Positions 60,258-64,000 of a stretch of 64,000 nucleotides of DNA are shown here, piece after piece. Origin of the DNA: Felis catus (lineage: Eukaryota). Each line of letters starts with the position of its first letter. Positions within the stretch are counted from its first letter, which is position 1. The position numbers and the translations under genes are program-made. Under the pieces are notes generated by a model. It did not search any database and was not told the origin of the DNA. It worked only from the letters and a program-made list of their open reading frames with translations. The stretch spans positions 118,422,001 through 118,486,000 of the forward strand of contig NC_058368.1 of NCBI RefSeq assembly GCF_018350175.1. Direction: 5' to 3'.

Positions 60258-62494
60258 TGAAGCACAATTTCTTATCTGACTGGGCAGAGCTGGGGAGGAG
60301 ACAGTGTTAGGTAAGGAGGCAGCATGGCAGGGAACCTGGACTTTTCTTGGGAACCTGTGTGGCGGGCAATTGTTGCCCACCTGGACCTCCCTGCCTGGTC
60401 CCGGGAGCACAGCCTCGGCCAGGTGCAGCAGGAATGTGGCTCATTGAACGCAGGATAAAAGAAAGTGAAACTAATTTTGGGGGATGTTACTAGGTGTGGC
60501 TCTGTTCAGAAACTCTGTGTGCTTTTGTTTTTTTTTCTTCAGGAAATGTTAATTTAATCCGCAGGGAGACAGGCAAATTTTCCTTTTCAAATGGATCTTC
60601 GGTGCTGGGGAGCTGCTGCACTGCTCCCTGTGGTATTAGTGGGCAAGAGTGAGCTGTGCCCGGTCATTAGCTGGGTTCCATTTAGATCATCATAGTGCTC
60701 GGAGGTCAGCAGGATGAGGGGGGCGTAAACATAGGTGGTAGGAGGCCAAGTGACTGTCGTCTGATTTTTACACAGAAATAAGTCAGCCTGACATTTTGGT
60801 TAGTACGTTCTTGGGTAATACTGTCTACTATTAATATCTATTGTTTTTTGAGTGCTGGCTGCAGGCCTGCTGCTGAGCACTTCCGAGCATCATCTCTTTA
60901 CTCACAGAAATCCCTGGAGGCAGCTTTCCTCCCCCGCTCACCTCCATTTCAGGCAGGTGGAAAAGAGTACAGAGGCCTTCTAGATGGCTGAGGTGGGATT
61001 TTGAGTTGACTCATTATTCTAGCACTTACCCTTTATCTGAGGCTTACTTGGCTGGTGGAAGGCCTCTCTTTACTCCCAGTGCCTTGTCTTGCCTTGACTA
61101 CCCTCAAATTCATCTCAGCTGTTGATGAGAGCAGCCAGAGGTGGATCTGAACTTGGTCATCTTCTCCAGGTTCTGCTGTGGTGCTTTCTTAGTAACAGAA
61201 GTTGTTGTTTACATTTGAATGCAAGTCAAGCCCTGATTCTTTGGGCTGGGTTTTTGGTTTGCTTTTTCTCTTTTTGTCCTTTGCTAGAAAAGGATCAGGG
61301 GTTATAGGGAAGTGACGGGCCTTGGCTTCCCTTTTCCTGCTTTTCAAGTGAGACTCTTGCTGCATGAATGTGTTCAGAGCAACTGTGATTGCAGACGCTG
61401 GAAGGGGCAGACCTGGGTTTTCCCTTCACGATTCCAGTTCTAATCTCAAGACCTTGGAACAGGAGCATCTGAATCCCGGATGACCTGTGGGGAATTGGGC
61501 TTGGAAATCCATTATCAACCCGGATTAACCATTTTGCAGGTCTCCCCTTTTTCATTAAAAAGCCTCACAGCCCCTTTGGTAGATCACTCTTTTCCGAGGT
61601 GGCAGTATTTATTCTCCTTTTATTATATGCATGAAGAAAGGCACAGAAAGAGGACACAGTGCCGTTCTCAATAACCTGGCGGAAGTGGTGGCACTCAGAT
61701 CTGTCCAAGTTCTGGATTCCCACGTGGGTGCCTGGGCCTTGTCTCTGTGGACCTGGACAGGCAGGGAAGCTCTGGTCCAGTTCTCATCTCCGTTTTTCTG
61801 GCTCCCTGTCCTTCTTTCATTTTATTGGCAAGACACCCCTCACCACCACCACCCCCCCCTTTTTTTTTTCTTAAAAACCTCTTCCAAGAAAGTCTGGCTT
61901 TTGCTCTAAGTTTACGACCATAAATTTTGAGATGGTACACGTCACCCTCTTAATCTAATTGAGCCAGCACATCATTGTGAACACATCATTTTATTTGGGG
62001 GTATTAGTTGCTATGGTTATTTGCTGAGACTAACAGAGTCTGTGTTCTCTCCATTGGAGTTTTGGAAACTGTGATCTGAGAATGACAGAGGTGTGCCTCC
62101 CTGTAGGGATAGCCAGTGTATACCCTGGCCATTAAAATAATTTTTTAAAGGCACAGAAAAAAGAGTTGGGGTGGAATTTCAGAGCTGGAATTTTTTAAAG
62201 CTAGAAGGGGCCTTAAAGATGACTGGTCATCCTTCTGGTTTTCAAAAGAGTTCTTTAAGGCTAAGGTATTAATTTACCTTCCTGAGGTTCATATGCGTTG
62301 TTCCTGGGTGAACAAGGACGCAGCCCATTTCTGACTTTTATCCTAGCATCTCTTTGTTTTGTGCAACAGTTGAAGTCCTTTCAAGGAATCCTTTCTTGCA
62401 GTATGTACTGAGGTCCTGGATATTCTGGTGCTGGGATGGAAGTTAGAAAGACACCGTGTTGTTTACTTTTAGGGTTTCTCGTGGAAATCCCCAT

Positions 62495-62646
62495 CCTTGC
62501 CTCATAGAGTATGGAGCCTGGACCAGCAACGTCGGTATCACCTGGAAACATGTTCAAAATGCAGACTCCCAGGCCTACTGAATCACACTCAGCATTTTAA
62601 CAAGATCACTCTGTCTTTGAGTGCACGTTAAAGGCTGAGAAGCTCT
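62495..62646. mobile_element. MER5B-like hAT MITE
   Basis: GGACCAGCAAC.TCGGTATCACCTGG..TGTT.AAAATGCAGACTCCCAGGCC..TGAATCA..GCATTTTAACAAGATC. Confidence 0.78.
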
Positions 62647-63949
62647 CCTCTAAGATGGTAGGACATTGTAGAAGCAAAAGCTAGTAAGTCTTGAGGCCCA
62701 AGCCAGGATCAGTTGCCCTCCCTCAGACCGTTCGTCAGCTCTGTGTTGAGCATAATAGTAATGCAGTGGTGTTGAGCTTGAGGAAGCTCAGCATTCTCTG
62801 CCTGAGTTCTAGCTCTGCACCATCTGGACCCTCTGGTCCTTAAGTTCTATTGTGACCTGCTCTGTAGTTGCTGCCTGAGCAACTGTTCTGGGCTGAGGCC
62901 CGAGAGTGGTGGGGCATGCTCACACTGGCTCCTGCAATGCAGTTCGTTCTGGGCACCTTCTCAGGAAGCCAGGCACTTCAGGCCCGTGCATCCTGTAAAG
63001 CCCACTTATCGTGGCTGTCCTGTTAGCATTCTGATTCCGTTCTACCTGGTACTGGCCTCCTCCCCCACTCAGTGGACAAGAAGGATTTCAGGATACCACT
63101 CTTAGCCTCAGTGCATTTAAGAGGTACCTCTTGAGCTTTAGTAAATTTTGCAGGAAGCCCTGCACACCACCTTGAGTTACTGTTCAGATAAAATACAGCA
63201 TGCTCTAGTCCAGGGTTTTTTTCTTTCCTTTTGTCTGCAGCAGATAAAAAGAAATTTTAATTTGGTAGGTATGTTAGACTTTTCTAAGCATCTGAGGAAA
63301 ACCTTTAAGGACTCCAATGTATTTTTAGTAGCCTGATCATTAGGAGGAGGTGACAGGTTTACTGCACTACCCACAGTGGAGTGTTCCTGTGAAACCTTTC
63401 CTAAGCTAAAATAGGATAAAATGAAGAAGCAGTTACTATTAACTTAGGTGGGAAAACTTTAGTGCATCCCCAAGGCCCCCAAAATAACCTCTCTTAACGC
63501 TTTTCTGATACTTCAGGACACATCTTGTTAATGGTGCACAAAATAAACCAAGATGAGGTGCAGAAGCTCACAGACACAGCTCAAAGCTGTGGCCACTCTA
63601 GTGCTCCGTGCGCACAGCTCACTGCAAAACAAACATTGAGTGCTATTTTCGCTTTCCATGGAGAAGCAAAAAAACTCTCTGGATTTCTTTGGGTTAGTGA
63701 AAGTAAGGACGGATGTCGATAGGTTGTTAAAGTGAAGTGGCATAAGTCGAACTTTAGAAAAACAAGGCATGCCTGTATTTGATAAATTAATGCGGCAAAA
63801 ATTCCTTAATTCTTTAGCTAAGATGCTCCTTTTGTTGATCCCCTTGTCTCTAACCTGTGCTCAGCCTGTGCTTGTGGGAAGGAAAGAACCAGCATCCAAG
63901 GGCAACCCTGTGCTCTGCTCTTCGAATGTTGTTTTTCCTTCATTTAAAA

Positions 63950-64000
63950 AAAAAATTTTTAATGTTTATTTTTGAGAGACAGAGACATGGCACGAGTGGG
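63950..64000 (-). mobile_element. Can-SINE 3' end, cut by the window edge
   Basis: TTTTTAATGTTTATTTTTGAGAGACAGAGA. Confidence 0.85.

Noticed and set aside
1..64000. CRISPR-like array, prokaryotic operon or other novel multi-gene system
   Set aside because: No regularly spaced repeat-spacer structure and no gene-dense ORF pattern; the repeat content is typical mammalian non-coding DNA
1..64000. Enrichment of TEAD-like RCATTCC motifs
   Set aside because: My rough count is close to the roughly 16 expected by chance on both strands

Overview
Mammalian genomic DNA, almost certainly felid. It carries about 31 tRNA-derived carnivore SINEs (Can-SINE), three of which match the young cat-type SINEC_Fc pattern. 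These sit on an old eutherian background of MIR, L2, L1, MaLR (MLT1) solo LTRs and DNA-transposon MITEs (MER53, MADE2, MER5, MER45B-like). I can support no intact protein-coding exon, RNA gene, CpG island or CRISPR-like array; the ORF track is explained by simple repeats, SINEs, decayed L1 ORF2 and chance. Recognised L1 fragments, most LTRs and about two thirds of SINEs lie on the minus strand, and long T or pyrimidine runs lie on the plus strand. This suggests the interior of a large intron of a plus-strand gene that I cannot name. I found no previously undescribed multi-component biological system. The best second-look items are small-scale: a CpG-intact motif-switching pentanucleotide repeat, a templated snap-back insertion that destroys a SINE A-box, nested insertions with resolvable target-site duplications (TSDs), very young SINEs, long pyrimidine and poly(C) tracts, and a local excess of AP-1 motifs. 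Repeat names come from my recall of consensus sequences, not a search; boundaries of old repeats are approximate.
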